In this document: positions 38,311 through 48,459 of the stretch, piece by piece
Position numbering within the stretch: position 1 is the stretch's first letter
Layout: each line of letters starts with the position of its first letter
NCBI GenBank assembly: GCA_964516585.1
Contig: CAZEXJ010000137.1
Coordinates: 1 to 52,841 of the forward strand
Direction of reading: 5' to 3'
Length of the DNA: 52,841 bases
Source of the DNA: an uncultured Alistipes sp.
GTDB taxonomy: Bacteria; Bacteroidota; Bacteroidia; Bacteroidales; Rikenellaceae
The notes under the pieces: generated by a model
What the model saw: only the letters and a program-made list of their open reading frames with translations
Databases searched by the model: none
Told to the model about the DNA's origin: nothing
Translations under genes and position numbers: made by a program

Positions 38311-38339
38311 AAATCGCACTCCCTTTCGGAGTGCGATTT
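38311..38339 (-). terminator. Intrinsic terminator downstream of the clp gene
   Basis: AAATCGCACTCC-CTTTC-GGAGTGCGATTT with a T-run on the minus strand. Confidence 0.7.
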
Positions 38340-38380
38340 CATGAAAAAGATTGAAGCGGCAGGGGCGGCAGCCGTTGTTG

Positions 38381-40849
38381 TCAGGCCGCTTTCGGGGTGC
38401 GGTCGGCGATGCGGAGGACTACTTCGCCCCGGCGAAGCTCGACGACGACCTTGTCGCCCGCGGTCAAGCGCCCCTCGACGATCATTGCCGACAGCGGCGC
38501 CTCGATCTTATCGAGCAACGTGCGTCGCAATGCTCTGACGCCGTAGCGCGACTCGAATCCCAATTCGGCCAAACGGCTCTTGGCGCGCGGCGTGATGTCG
38601 ATCGCGTAGCCCATGCTCTCGATGCGGCGGAGTATGCTGCCGAGTTCGAGATCGATGATGCGCTCGACATCGGGCAGTTCCAACTGGCGGAACACGACGA
38701 TATCGTCGATGCGGTTGAGAAACTCGGGCGCGAAGCACTCCTCCAAGGCTTTGCGATACTCTGTCTCGGGGGCGTTTTGCGCGTTGAGGCTCTTCGACGA
38801 GGTCTCGTAACCCACCTGCACGCTGCGCGATACGGCGGCACGCGAGCCGACGTTTGAGGTCATGATGATCACCGTATTGCGGAAATCGATCTTGCGGCCG
38901 CTGCCGTCGGTGAGGTGTCCCTCGTCGAATATCTGCAACATGGTGTTGAACACGTCGGGGTGAGCCTTCTCGATCTCGTCGAACAGCACCACGGCGTAGG
39001 GCTGGCGGCGCACAGCCTCCGACAGCTGTCCGCCCTCGCCGTAGCCGACATACCCCGGAGGCGAGCCGATCAGGCGCGACACGTTGTGCTTCTCGCCGTA
39101 CTCCGACATGTCGATGCGTATCAATCCGCGGCGATCGTCGAACAGCCACTTGGCAATCTCCTTGGCCAACAAAGTCTTGCCCACGCCTGTGGGGCCGACG
39201 AACAGAAACACGCCGATGGGGCGGTTCTCGTCTTTCAGCCCGGCGCGCGACCGCTGTATGGCCTGCGACAGGTGTGTTACGGCGTCGTTCTGGCCTATGA
39301 CGCGCGAGGTGAGATAATCTTTGAGTCCTCTGAGCCGAGCCATTTCGCCCGTCTCGATGCGCTCGGCAGGGATGCCCGTCATAGAGTGTATGACGCGCTC
39401 GATGTGCTCGATGCCCACCTCCGTCGGATTGCACTCCAACGAACGCCGCCACTCGGCGCGCTGCTGTCCGATCTTGGTCTTCAACGCTATCTCTTGCAGG
39501 CGCGCCGCGGCCGCCTTCTCGTAGATCAGAGCCTCGACGGCCTGCCGGCGTTCGTTGCGCGCGGCCGTCAGCGCCGTCTCCAACTCGCGTATCTGCTGCG
39601 GCTCGCGCGCTGCCGACAGGTGCACCCTCGATCCCGCCTCGTCCATAACGTCGATGGCCTTGTCGGGGAAATGACGGTCGGTGATATACCGCTCCGACAG
39701 CGTGACGCACGCCCGCAGCGCCTCGTCGGTATAGCGCACCTTGTGGTGCCGCTCGTAGTAGGGCGCCACGCGGCGCAATATTTCGAGCGTCTGTGCCGCG
39801 GTCGTAGGCTCGATCATGACCTTCTGGAAACGCCGCTCCAAAGCCGAGTCGCTCTCGATGTTCTCGCGGAACTCGTCGAGCGTCGTGGCGCCGATGGTCT
39901 GCAAGTCGCCGCGTGCAAGCGCCGGTTTGAGTATGTTGGCCGTGTCGAGCGACCCTTGTGTCGAGCCTGCGCCGACAATGGTGTGTATCTCGTCGATGAA
40001 TATTATCGTGTTGTGCGACTTCGAGAGCGACTCGATGAGCTGCTGCATGCGCTCCTCGAACTCGCCGCGGAACTTCGTGCCGGCCACGAGCGACGATATC
40101 TCCAACGAATACAGCTCTTTGTTGGATATGGTGTAGGGCACGTCGCCTGCGGCCATGCGCAGTGCGAGACCCTCGACTATCGCACTTTTGCCCACACCGG
40201 CCTCACCGATAAGCATCGGGTTGTTTTTCTTGCGGCGCGAAAGTATCTGTATCACGCGCTCGATCTCCTGTTCACGGCCTATGACGGGATCGATCTTGCC
40301 CTCGCGCGCTAAACGTGTGAGATTCACGCCGAACTTATCGAGTGAGGCGTTCGGTGAGGACTGGGTCTCCTCTTGGTTCAGGTCGATGACTTGCATGTCG
40401 ATGCGTATCGGGGCTGGATCCATGCCCGAGGCCATCTGCTCGATCTGCTCGTCGAGCATCTCGGCCGTAAGCCCGTATATGGCCAGCACGCGCGCCGTGG
40501 CCGTCTCGGTGTCGGCTGCAATATGGCGCAGGGCGTGTGCTGTCGAGACGTTGCGCCCCTTTGTCGACGACTTCATCTCCTCGCACAGCGACTTGTAATA
40601 CTCCTCGGGCGGGAGCTGTTCGGCCACGGGCGACGACTCCAACTCGTGCTCGATACGCAGCGGTATCTGGTAAAGCTCCCAATCTTTCAACTTCGACGAG
40701 AGCAGTTGATAGGCCAAAGCTCCGTCTTCGCGCAGGATCTCCAAGGCGAGCCGGTCTTTGTAAGAGGTCGTCGTTCCCGATTTCAAAACATCGAACGTTA
40801 CACGTGCGACGATTGCTTCAAGCGTTTTTGAAATTTTGGTCTGCATCAT
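38381..40849 (-). CDS. clpC: ClpC-like Hsp100 AAA+ ATPase
   Basis: 'DPVIGRE', 'GEAGVGKS', 'FIDEIH', '[11 protein letters not shown]', short coiled-coil M-domain, 'GPTGVGKT', 'PPGYVGY', 'PEFLNRID'. Confidence 0.85.
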   Translation of the reverse strand: MMQTKISKTLEAIVARVTFDVLKSGTTTSYKDRLALEILREDGALAYQLLSSKLKDWELYQIPLRIEHELESSPVAEQLPPEEYYKSLCEEMKSSTKGRNVSTAHALRHIAADTETATARVLAIYGLTAEMLDEQIEQMASGMDPAPIRIDMQVIDLNQEETQSSPNASLDKFGVNLTRLAREGKIDPVIGREQEIERVIQILSRRKKNNPMLIGEAGVGKSAIVEGLALRMAAGDVPYTISNKELYSLEISSLVAGTKFRGEFEERMQQLIESLSKSHNTIIFIDEIHTIVGAGSTQGSLDTANILKPALARGDLQTIGATTLDEFRENIESDSALERRFQKVMIEPTTAAQTLEILRRVAPYYERHHKVRYTDEALRACVTLSERYITDRHFPDKAIDVMDEAGSRVHLSAAREPQQIRELETALTAARNERRQAVEALIYEKAAAARLQEIALKTKIGQQRAEWRRSLECNPTEVGIEHIERVIHSMTGIPAERIETGEMARLRGLKDYLTSRVIGQNDAVTHLSQAIQRSRAGLKDENRPIGVFLFVGPTGVGKTLLAKEIAKWLFDDRRGLIRIDMSEYGEKHNVSRLIGSPPGYVGYGEGGQLSEAVRRQPYAVVLFDEIEKAHPDVFNTMLQIFDEGHLTDGSGRKIDFRNTVIIMTSNVGSRAAVSRSVQVGYETSSKSLNAQNAPETEYRKALEECFAPEFLNRIDDIVVFRQLELPDVERIIDLELGSILRRIESMGYAIDITPRAKSRLAELGFESRYGVRALRRTLLDKIEAPLSAMIVEGRLTAGDKVVVELRRGEVVLRIADRTPKAA

Positions 40850-40972
40850 ATCTCAGTTTTTTTAAAAATGTCCGCTATTTATTAAAATTTTTCAGGAATA
40901 TAACGCCCCTCGCAAATATATTATTATGTTAAATATTCAAACTCTTGATGATCAGAAGGCTATTTTTCCATG

Positions 40973-41071
40973 TGTCATTCCGAGGAATGATCTTTGAATA
41001 CGACGTGGGAATCTCATTCCCGCCGATTTGTCATTCTGAGAAGCGGTTGAAAGCCGCGACGAGAAGAATCT
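40973..41071. repeat. REP-like repeat cluster 3 (two degenerate A units in tandem)
   Basis: TGTCATTCCGAGGA...CGACGTGGGAATCTC 40973-41015 and TGTCATTCTGAGAAG...CGACGAGAAGAATCT 41029-41071. Confidence 0.75.
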
Positions 41072-41098
41072 GCCGAGTATAATCTGATACAAGCTTGT

Positions 41099-41473
41099 CT
41101 ACTTGTCTTGCAGTGCCGCTCTCTCCTGTTTCGACAGGGAAGATACGACAATCTCATACGACCGTCTTACAAGGTCTTTAATCGTCTTGTCGGGGACATC
41201 TTTGTCGAAGCAGACACTGATCCAGTGCTTTTTATTCATGTGGTATCCCGGCCTTATTGCTTCGTATCTGTCTTGCAACTCCTCGATACGTTCGGGATCG
41301 CACTTTATATTGCAGAAATCGAATACGTCTATATTGACGAAACAGAACCATTTATCCGCCACATAAAAGACAAGTAAATTTCTGTCATATTCAGATGTCG
41401 CCTTATCGAACGGCATTTTATCGTGTACACCCTCGAATGAAAGGCAGTAGTCTCTAAAATCCTCAATGTTCAT
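41099..41473 (-). CDS. MmcQ/YjbR-family DNA-binding protein
   Basis: 'MNIEDFRDYCLS', 'NIKCDPE', 'PGYHMNKKHWISV', 'SYEIV'. Confidence 0.9.
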   Translation of the reverse strand: MNIEDFRDYCLSFEGVHDKMPFDKATSEYDRNLLVFYVADKWFCFVNIDVFDFCNIKCDPERIEELQDRYEAIRPGYHMNKKHWISVCFDKDVPDKTIKDLVRRSYEIVVSSLSKQERAALQDK

Positions 41474-41539
41474 CGTAATGGTATTTTGAATCGACCGGCA
41501 TAGCTCCAAACAGTGTGCTATTGCAAGTGTAAAGATACG

Positions 41540-41606
41540 AATAAGCGAGTGCAAAAGCAAATTTTGTTTGCATTTTGCCGGGCGGGAGGATGTTCGGCGC
41601 AGCCGA
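41540..41606. repeat. Second palindromic repeat family, copy 2
   Basis: AATAAGCGAGTGCAAAAGCAAATTTTGTTTGCATTTTGCCGGGCGGG followed by a TCGGC-GCA-GCCGA mini-hairpin. Confidence 0.55.
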
Positions 41607-41709
41607 TGACACGAAAAATGTCGTTCGCTGCAAAAAATGCGACGGCAAACAGTCATGCGGCATCACATTAATTTGCATAATCGGAAATATTGTTATACTT
41701 TCGCCCTTG

Positions 41710-41798
41710 ATTTAGGGGTGCTTCTCGCGCCGGGCGCGATAGGCTGAGATTATACCCATAGAACCGGATACGGGTAATGCCGAAACCGGGACACTGGC
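41710..41798 (+). ncRNA. TPP (THI-box) riboswitch, non-canonical 3' half
   Basis: AGGGGTGC...GGCTGAGA-TT-ATACCC-ATAGAACC-GGAT-ACGG-GTAATG-CCG...CGGGA, upstream of the TonB receptor and pnuC. Confidence 0.85.
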
Positions 41799-41847
41799 AT
41801 ATCTTACATACGACCCCTTTTCAAACTTTAAACATAAATTTATAAGT

Positions 41848-44118
41848 ATGAAAAGGAACCTTTACCTTACTGCGGCACTCGCGATCATGACGCAGCCGCT
41901 ATGGGCGCAACAGCCCGACCGCGAGGTCGATTCGACCCGTGTCTATCAACTGCAACAGATCGAAGTGACCGCCACGCGAGCCTCGAAGTCGACTCCGATG
42001 GCGCATACCGACATTTCGCAGGAGCAGATCGCCCGCAACAACTACGGTCTCGATGTCCCGTTCGTGTTGCAGATGACACCGTCGTTCGTCGCCACATCGG
42101 AGACCGGCATCGGCATCGGCGCAACATCTATGCGTATGCGCGGCACCGACGCTACGCGAATCAACGTCACGGCCAACGGTGTGCCTATCAACAATCCCGA
42201 TTCGCATGCCGTCTACTGGTACGACACGCCCGACTTCATCTCGGCTGTCGGCACGGTGCAGGTGCAGCGCGGAGCCGGCACCTCGACCCACGGAACGGGC
42301 GCTTTCGGCGGCGCACTCAACATGACTACATCGCCGCTCACGACACGTTTCGGCGGCGACGTATCGATGTCTTACGGATCGTTCAACACCAACAAACAGG
42401 CCATACATATCGGCTCGGGGCTTATGGGAGGCCACTGGATAGTCGATGCCCGTTTGACGCACATCGGCTCCGACGGATATGTCGATCGCAGTATGACCGA
42501 TCTTAAATCGTATATGTTTCAGGCCGGTTACTATTCGGAGCGCACCTCGGTAAAACTGCTGTCGTTCGGCGGCAAGGCCAAGACATATCTGACATATACG
42601 GGCGTTACCAAAGAGGATATGGAGTTGTACGGCCGTCGCTACCACACCGAGGGGCAATACGTCACTTCGGACGGTGAGCATGTTCTCGCCGACGGCACGC
42701 ACGTAGGCTACTACGACGATCACACCGACAACTACCTGCAAATCAACAATCAGCTTATCGTCAATCATCAATTCAACGACAATTGGAGCCTCAACTTCAC
42801 CGGCTTCTACACCTACGGCTACGGATACTACAAGCAATATAAGGATAACGCCAAGCTGCTCGAAGTAGGCTTCGCGCCGGAGTACGCGTTCGATGCAGGC
42901 GGCAGCAAGATCAGAAAAGACCTTATCCGCGAGAAGTTGATGCGCAACCACTTCGGCGGATTCAACGCATCGGCCAACTACACCTCGCAGAACCTCGATA
43001 TAGTCTTCGGCGGCTCTTACAGCTATTACGGCTGTCCCCACTGGGGCGAACTCGACTGGGTGCAGGACTCTCCGGCAGGCTTCACGCCCGGTATGCGCTG
43101 GTATGACAACGATGTCGACAAGCATGATGCCAACGCCTTTGTCAAGGCGGCATGGCGCGTGGCAGAAGGGTTGACATTGGTCGGCGATCTGCAATACCGC
43201 TACGTTCGCTACAAGGCTTGGGGTGTAAACGACAACTACGACGATGCTATCGACGGCATGCAGGTGATAGATGTCGACGAGACATACAATTTCTTCAACC
43301 CGAAGGTGGGTATCAGCTACACTCCCAACAAGCATCACCACCTCTACGCATCGTTCGCCATAGCCCAGAAGGAGCCTACGCGCAGCGACTTCACCGACCG
43401 TATCCGTCAGACATACCCCTCGTCGGAGAAACTCTACGATTACGAGGTCGGCTATGAGTACCGCCACCCGATAGTGAGTGCCGGAGTGAACTTCTACTAT
43501 ATGCATTACAAGGATCAGTTAGTGAAGACCGGACGCATCAACGACAGCTACGACCCGTTGAACATCAACGTTCCCAAGAGCTACCGCAGAGGCATAGAGT
43601 TGACGCTCGCGGTCAATCCGCTCAAATGGTTCGGCTTCGGCGGCAACCTGACACTCAGTCAGAATAAGATCAAGGATTATGTAAATATGGTTGTAGACTA
43701 CGATTCGTGGGATGCGGAGGCCAACTTCTACGGCTATCACACCGAGGAGATGGGCGACACGCAAATATCATACTCGCCCAACACCATAGCCAACGTCTTC
43801 ATCAACTTCAACTATCGCGGATTTGCAGCATCGATAATGACGCAATACGTCGGCGAGCAATACTTCACCAACTACCGCAACGACAATATGAAGCTCGACG
43901 CCTATTGCTTTACCAATCTCAACCTGTCGTATACGATGCAGACCCGTTCGAGCCGCGAGGTGCGGTTCGGCGTGACGATATACAACCTTTTCAACGCCGA
44001 GTACTGCAACAACGGCTACGGCTATTCGGAGTATTCGGGCGGTGTGCAGACCGACACGGCCTATTACTTCCCGCAGGCAACTATCAACGCTCTGGCCAAC
44101 GTGACAGTCAACTTCTAA
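41848..44118 (+). CDS. TonB-dependent receptor, probable thiamine (or thiamine-related) transporter
   Basis: Signal peptide. 'IEVTATRA', 'RMRGTDATRINVTANGVPIN', 'VQRGAGTSTHGTGAFGG', C-terminal Phe. TPP riboswitch upstream and pnuC downstream. Confidence 0.85.
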   Translation: MKRNLYLTAALAIMTQPLWAQQPDREVDSTRVYQLQQIEVTATRASKSTPMAHTDISQEQIARNNYGLDVPFVLQMTPSFVATSETGIGIGATSMRMRGTDATRINVTANGVPINNPDSHAVYWYDTPDFISAVGTVQVQRGAGTSTHGTGAFGGALNMTTSPLTTRFGGDVSMSYGSFNTNKQAIHIGSGLMGGHWIVDARLTHIGSDGYVDRSMTDLKSYMFQAGYYSERTSVKLLSFGGKAKTYLTYTGVTKEDMELYGRRYHTEGQYVTSDGEHVLADGTHVGYYDDHTDNYLQINNQLIVNHQFNDNWSLNFTGFYTYGYGYYKQYKDNAKLLEVGFAPEYAFDAGGSKIRKDLIREKLMRNHFGGFNASANYTSQNLDIVFGGSYSYYGCPHWGELDWVQDSPAGFTPGMRWYDNDVDKHDANAFVKAAWRVAEGLTLVGDLQYRYVRYKAWGVNDNYDDAIDGMQVIDVDETYNFFNPKVGISYTPNKHHHLYASFAIAQKEPTRSDFTDRIRQTYPSSEKLYDYEVGYEYRHPIVSAGVNFYYMHYKDQLVKTGRINDSYDPLNINVPKSYRRGIELTLAVNPLKWFGFGGNLTLSQNKIKDYVNMVVDYDSWDAEANFYGYHTEEMGDTQISYSPNTIANVFINFNYRGFAASIMTQYVGEQYFTNYRNDNMKLDAYCFTNLNLSYTMQTRSSREVRFGVTIYNLFNAEYCNNGYGYSEYSGGVQTDTAYYFPQATINALANVTVNF

Positions 44119-44122
44119 GGCT

Positions 44123-44689
44123 ATGGATTGGGGACTCGTATTGCAGATTGTCGGCACGACGCTCGGACTCATCTATCTCTGGCTCGAATACCGGGCGAAT
44201 ATTTGGGTGTGGATAGTGGGCATGATAATGCCTGTGGTGCATGGCGCGCTCTATCTGAGCCGGGGCATATATGCCGATGCCGCTATGCAGCTCTACTACG
44301 TGGCGGCCGGCATATACGGCTGGATCATGTGGCGCAAGCGGCCGAAGCATACCGAAGCCGGCCGCATACGCCGCACTCCGGCACGCGCCGCCGTGTGGCT
44401 CGCCGCTGCGTATGCGCTGCTGCATACGGCCATATATCTGTTCCTTGCATACTGCACCGACAGCCGCGTGCCGTTCTGGGACAGTATGTCGACGGCATTG
44501 TGCATCGTGGCGATGTTCATGCTCTCACGCAAATATATCGAGCAGTGGCTCGTATGGCTCGTGGTGGACATGATAAGCGCAGGACTCTACATGTATAAGG
44601 AGATCCCCATAACGGCAGGATTGTATCTGCTCTACTGCATACTCGCCGTGGCAGGCTACATGCGCTGGCGCAAGGAGCTTGAAAAGTAA
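44123..44689 (+). CDS. pnuC: PnuC-family vitamin transporter (PnuT-like by context)
   Basis: 'IYADAAMQLYY...YGWIMW', 'VPFWDS', 'RKYIEQWLVWLVVD', 'GYMRW'. Confidence 0.9.
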   Translation: MDWGLVLQIVGTTLGLIYLWLEYRANIWVWIVGMIMPVVHGALYLSRGIYADAAMQLYYVAAGIYGWIMWRKRPKHTEAGRIRRTPARAAVWLAAAYALLHTAIYLFLAYCTDSRVPFWDSMSTALCIVAMFMLSRKYIEQWLVWLVVDMISAGLYMYKEIPITAGLYLLYCILAVAGYMRWRKELEK

Positions 44690-44711
44690 ACCGGCGAGGT
44701 AACACGTTAAA

Positions 44712-44745
44712 AAAATAGGTTGCGAAGCATTTCGCAACCTATTTT
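44712..44745. terminator. Bidirectional intrinsic terminator
   Basis: AAAATAGGTTGCGAA-GCAT-TTCGCAACCTATTTT between convergent genes. Confidence 0.8.
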
Positions 44746-44764
44746 ATTTAATGTCTGTCGAAGT

Positions 44765-46207
44765 CTACATCTTCACGCAGCGCAGCGCAGCGGCATTGGC
44801 GCGTTGCAGAGCGCGCTGCGCCTCGTAACCGTTGTATGTGCGCGTCACGGTATTCAGATCGAAGAACATGGCCTGCGACTTGTCGCCCGAGGCGCCGTTG
44901 GTCCAATAGTAACCCGTCCACGGCAACGGACGCTCCTCGTTGGCGTTGACATTGTCGAGAACGCCGTTGAGATAGTTGCGGCGGCCGGCGGCCGAGAAGA
45001 AATAGGTGCTGCCCGCGGCTGTATCCTCCAAGTGCCAGCCGTACATGGGCTTGGCTTTCGTCCAGTCGAGATCGTCGTCGGCCGGCGATATGGTGAGTGC
45101 GGCAAATAGCTCGCCGTCGGGTACGCGCCAGCCGTCGGGACATGGGTCGTTGTCGGTCTTTGCGCCGCCCGCGCCCCACAGCGCATCGTCGTGCTGCGAA
45201 TGGAGCCAGTCGTAGGCGTTATCCTTGGCACCCTTGATGAACGACATAGGGTGAGCTGTTGCATACTCCGCAGTGCCGGTCGAGGCGTCGTTGTCCTCGT
45301 ATGCGAAGTAGAGTCGGCGCCCAAGCGCATTATAGACGCGAGCGTCGTCATTGCCCTTGAAATCATATTCGGCAGGGCCGACGAACGGGTCTTTGCGCCC
45401 CCACTGGTAATAAAGTCCGTAGGAAGCCAGTATTTTCGAGGCGTCGGAATCGCCGTTGCTGTTGACATTGGCGCCGAGGTTGCGGTTCATCACGCTCTTG
45501 CCGGCTATGGTTACGGCATCGGCGGCGGGATCGCTCGTCGTCACCCATATATGCCAGCTCCATATTATCTCGCCTTGGGCGTTGCGCGCCGCGATGACGG
45601 CATTGCCCGGAACCACGGCATCGATCTCTTTCTCATCGTCGTCGGTAGCCTTTTCGAGATAGAACGACGCTATGCCGTCTTTGAATGTCAGGTACTTGAT
45701 AAGTCCGCTCGACGTCTCCCACAACAGCTCCACGCTCTCTGTGTCGAGTTTGGCTCCGCTTGTGCCGCGCTTGCAGGCATCGAACAGGTAACGCGTTTCG
45801 GGCTTGGTGGCAATGAAGCTGTTCGACGGCGCAGAGGTGAAGTCGACATCGGGATTCTGCAAAATGGCGACATGTATGGTCACCGACTGCGTCGCTCCCG
45901 TGGGGGTATAGCCTATAAGCGTGACACTGCCCTCGGTCGCCTCCTCGTTGTCGAACGACGAGGGCGCCGTTACGGTTATCACGCCGGCATGCATATCTAT
46001 ATCGTCGACCGTCCAGCCATCGGGATACGACGACACGCGTATCGAAGTGATGTTTTGAGTATTGAACGTAGTGGAACCCGTCTGTCCGGGCATGGTGAGC
46101 AGGATGCTGCCCGACGGGACGACGAACTCCTTGGTCTCGCTCTTTTCGCACGAGACGAGCGTCAGCAGGATGCAAACGGCCGCAAAACCGCTCAGAAGAT
46201 TTTTCAT
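44765..46207 (-). CDS. Surface lipoprotein with a Fibrobacter-major-paralogous (FISUMP)-like C-terminal domain
   Basis: Lipobox 'LVSC'. 'WSWHIWVT', 'MNRNLGA', 'YYQWGRKDPF', 'DPCPDGWRVP', 'LRCVK'. Confidence 0.7.
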   Translation of the reverse strand: MKNLLSGFAAVCILLTLVSCEKSETKEFVVPSGSILLTMPGQTGSTTFNTQNITSIRVSSYPDGWTVDDIDMHAGVITVTAPSSFDNEEATEGSVTLIGYTPTGATQSVTIHVAILQNPDVDFTSAPSNSFIATKPETRYLFDACKRGTSGAKLDTESVELLWETSSGLIKYLTFKDGIASFYLEKATDDDEKEIDAVVPGNAVIAARNAQGEIIWSWHIWVTTSDPAADAVTIAGKSVMNRNLGANVNSNGDSDASKILASYGLYYQWGRKDPFVGPAEYDFKGNDDARVYNALGRRLYFAYEDNDASTGTAEYATAHPMSFIKGAKDNAYDWLHSQHDDALWGAGGAKTDNDPCPDGWRVPDGELFAALTISPADDDLDWTKAKPMYGWHLEDTAAGSTYFFSAAGRRNYLNGVLDNVNANEERPLPWTGYYWTNGASGDKSQAMFFDLNTVTRTYNGYEAQRALQRANAAALRCVKM

Positions 46208-46354
46208 ATATCGAATATTAACCTTTTTCATCTTGATACAAGATTTGGGCAAAGATACCACAAATGAGTTAAAAAACCTACTCCCGGCACTATTATTTCT
46301 GTGTTAGGAACAATTCTTGTCGGAGAGATAACGGTTTCAAACATCAATTATTGT

Positions 46355-47122
46355 ATGACGACTCTAAAAATCATGACCGGCTCGAAACCTGCCGATGCGG
46401 GTTTTCACATCGCCGTGGTCGACGACGGACCCTATCTCGTATATGGTCGTCCGCCTTTGGCACAGCAATTCATAATGAATAACGACAAGGGCGAGAGCTG
46501 GTATTTTCAGGAGGGCAGACACTTCTCCACCGAAGCCGAACCTACGGCGTTGTGCCGCTGCGGCGAGTCGCAGCGCAAACCCTATTGTGACGGTTCGCAT
46601 CGCCAAGCGCAGTGGGACTCGTCGACACGCGGCAGCGACGAGCGTCTGTTAGATAACGCGGAGGTCACCCGCGGCGACAGCATCGACATCAGCGACAATC
46701 GCAAATATTGCGTCTTCGCCCGCTTCTGCGAGGCCGAGGGAGGCGTCTATGACTTGGCCGGGCAGGCCGACGACCCCGAGGCGCACCGCTTGGCCATACG
46801 CGAGGCCTCGATGTGCCCGTCGGCACGACTGACGGCTTGGGATGCCGCCACCGAACGCCCCTACGAATACAAATACGAACCGAGTCTCGGCCTGATCGAG
46901 GACATCGCCATAGGCGCGAGCGGAGGTTTGTGGGTGCGCGGCGGCATCGCCGTGAAACGCACCGACGGACGTACATTCGAGATTCGCAACCGGGTGGTGC
47001 TGTGCCGCTGCGGGCAATCGGCCGTCAAACCCTATTGCGACGGGACGCACGCTGCAATCAAGTGGCGCGACGAGTTGGAGGGCGTGCCCGAGGGCGAGAC
47101 CGTACCGGAAGAGGTATATTGA
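46355..47122 (+). CDS. CDGSH iron-sulfur protein (two CDGSH domains flanking a divergent ferredoxin-like domain)
   Basis: 'LCRCGESQRKPYCDGSH', 'CVFARFC...CPSARL', 'LCRCGQSAVKPYCDGTH'. Confidence 0.88.
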   Translation: MTTLKIMTGSKPADAGFHIAVVDDGPYLVYGRPPLAQQFIMNNDKGESWYFQEGRHFSTEAEPTALCRCGESQRKPYCDGSHRQAQWDSSTRGSDERLLDNAEVTRGDSIDISDNRKYCVFARFCEAEGGVYDLAGQADDPEAHRLAIREASMCPSARLTAWDAATERPYEYKYEPSLGLIEDIAIGASGGLWVRGGIAVKRTDGRTFEIRNRVVLCRCGQSAVKPYCDGTHAAIKWRDELEGVPEGETVPEEVY

Positions 47123-47125
47123 CCA

Positions 47126-47160
47126 AAATCGGGTGGCGGGATCTCTCCGCCACCCGATTT
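47126..47160. terminator. Hairpin between convergent genes
   Basis: AAATCGGGTGGCGG...CCGCCACCCGATTT. Confidence 0.65.
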
Positions 47161-47178
47161 CCGACAGGCTTGCGCCGG

Positions 47179-47760
47179 TCACAGCAGCCCGGACTCGTAA
47201 TAGCGCACGATCTGTTCGAGCATTGCATCTTCGCCCGCAGGATCGTAGTGCAGCTTCAAGTTGTTGCCGAAGATTTTGGCCACCATCTGCCAGAACCCGG
47301 CGGTAAAACCGCTGCGGAACTCCTGTATGATGCGGAATGCTGTATGATCGGTCTGGCGGTCGAGCAGTTTGAGCAGTATGCGCCCCTCGTAACGGGTCAT
47401 CTTGAACAGCACGGGCGACAACTCCTCTTTAAGCGACTCCTCTATCTGCCGCGTATACTGCCGCCGATCCTTTCTGCGCTCCAATTCCGCCAGTGTGTCG
47501 TTGAGATTCTCCATGCGCCGCGCAGCCTCCACAGCTAACGGATACACCTTTTTGACGGCGCGTATCATCTTCTTATAGCGCCGCAAATCGGCCTTGCGGT
47601 TGAATATGTATACCGGCAGCGAGGTGATGTGCAGTATCGAGTCGCCGCCTCCGATCTGCTCCCACTCCACACGTCTCGCACCGCGCACACGCGCACGCTG
47701 CGCCGCGACATCGGCCGTGGCGAGTATCGCCGCACACAATATGATACAAACGGCTTTCAT
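47179..47760 (-). CDS. DUF4294-like exported protein
   Basis: Signal peptide. 'VKKVYPLA', 'GRILLKLLDRQT', 'AGFWQMVAKIFGNNLK..YDP'. Confidence 0.75.
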   Translation of the reverse strand: MKAVCIILCAAILATADVAAQRARVRGARRVEWEQIGGGDSILHITSLPVYIFNRKADLRRYKKMIRAVKKVYPLAVEAARRMENLNDTLAELERRKDRRQYTRQIEESLKEELSPVLFKMTRYEGRILLKLLDRQTDHTAFRIIQEFRSGFTAGFWQMVAKIFGNNLKLHYDPAGEDAMLEQIVRYYESGLL

Positions 47761-47852
47761 AACATCCCGACAGCAAAGATACGCAATTATCGGACACCGA
47801 TTGCGCAGTTCGGATTTTATTCGTATATTCGTCAAGAAAAAATTATATCGTT

Positions 47853-48233
47853 ATGTTGAAAGCAGGATCTTATTTTCAGACACGAATGGTCGTAACGCAG
47901 AGCAATACGGCCGAATACATCGGATCGGGCGACATGCCCGTGTTAGCCACGCCGGCCATGGTCGCGCTTATGGAGAACGCCGCCATGCTTGCCGCGGCGC
48001 CCGATCTGCCCGAAGGGTCGACCACTGTGGGTGCGAGCATCTCGACTTCGCATCTCAAACCGTCGGCCTTAGGAGCCACCGTAACGGCGCGTGCAGAACT
48101 TACCGCGGTCGACGGCCGCCGCCTTACGTTCCGCGTCGAGGCATACGACGGCGAAGAGAAGATCGGCGAGGGCGAACACGTGCGCTACATTGTCGACCGC
48201 GAGAAGTTTCTCGCACGCCTCGGCAAACAATAA
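47853..48233 (+). CDS. Hotdog thioesterase (FlK/fluoroacetyl-CoA thioesterase-like)
   Basis: 'GSGDMPVLATPAMVALMENAA', 'TTVG', 'HLKPS', 'IGEGEHVR'. Confidence 0.85.
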   Translation: MLKAGSYFQTRMVVTQSNTAEYIGSGDMPVLATPAMVALMENAAMLAAAPDLPEGSTTVGASISTSHLKPSALGATVTARAELTAVDGRRLTFRVEAYDGEEKIGEGEHVRYIVDREKFLARLGKQ

Positions 48234-48321
48234 ACGGAGGTGCCGGGAGAGGGATTTTCTATCTAAAATTTTGCCGTTTCAAAACTTTACACTATCTTTG
48301 CCGTGCTTTCGAGCAAATGAT

Positions 48322-48395
48322 TGAGCTATGGTGTAATGGTAACACAGCAGATTTTGGTTCTGTCGTTCTGAGTTCGAATCTCGGTAGCTCAACCA
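48322..48395 (+). tRNA. tRNA-Gln(TTG)
   Basis: Acceptor stem TGAGCTA/TAGCTCA, anticodon arm GCAGA-TT-TTG-GT-TCTGT, TTCGAAT T-loop, encoded CCA. TATCTTTG promoter element at 48293-48300. Confidence 0.95.
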
Positions 48396-48403
48396 AACGG
48401 ATC

Positions 48404-48428
48404 AAAGCCCGGCTTCGAGTCGGGTTTT
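48404..48428 (+). terminator. Intrinsic terminator after the tRNA
   Basis: AAAGCCCGGC-TTCGA-GTCGGGTTTT. Confidence 0.7.
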
Positions 48429-48459
48429 GCTCTTTTAAAGGATTAAAAACTCTAATCTT

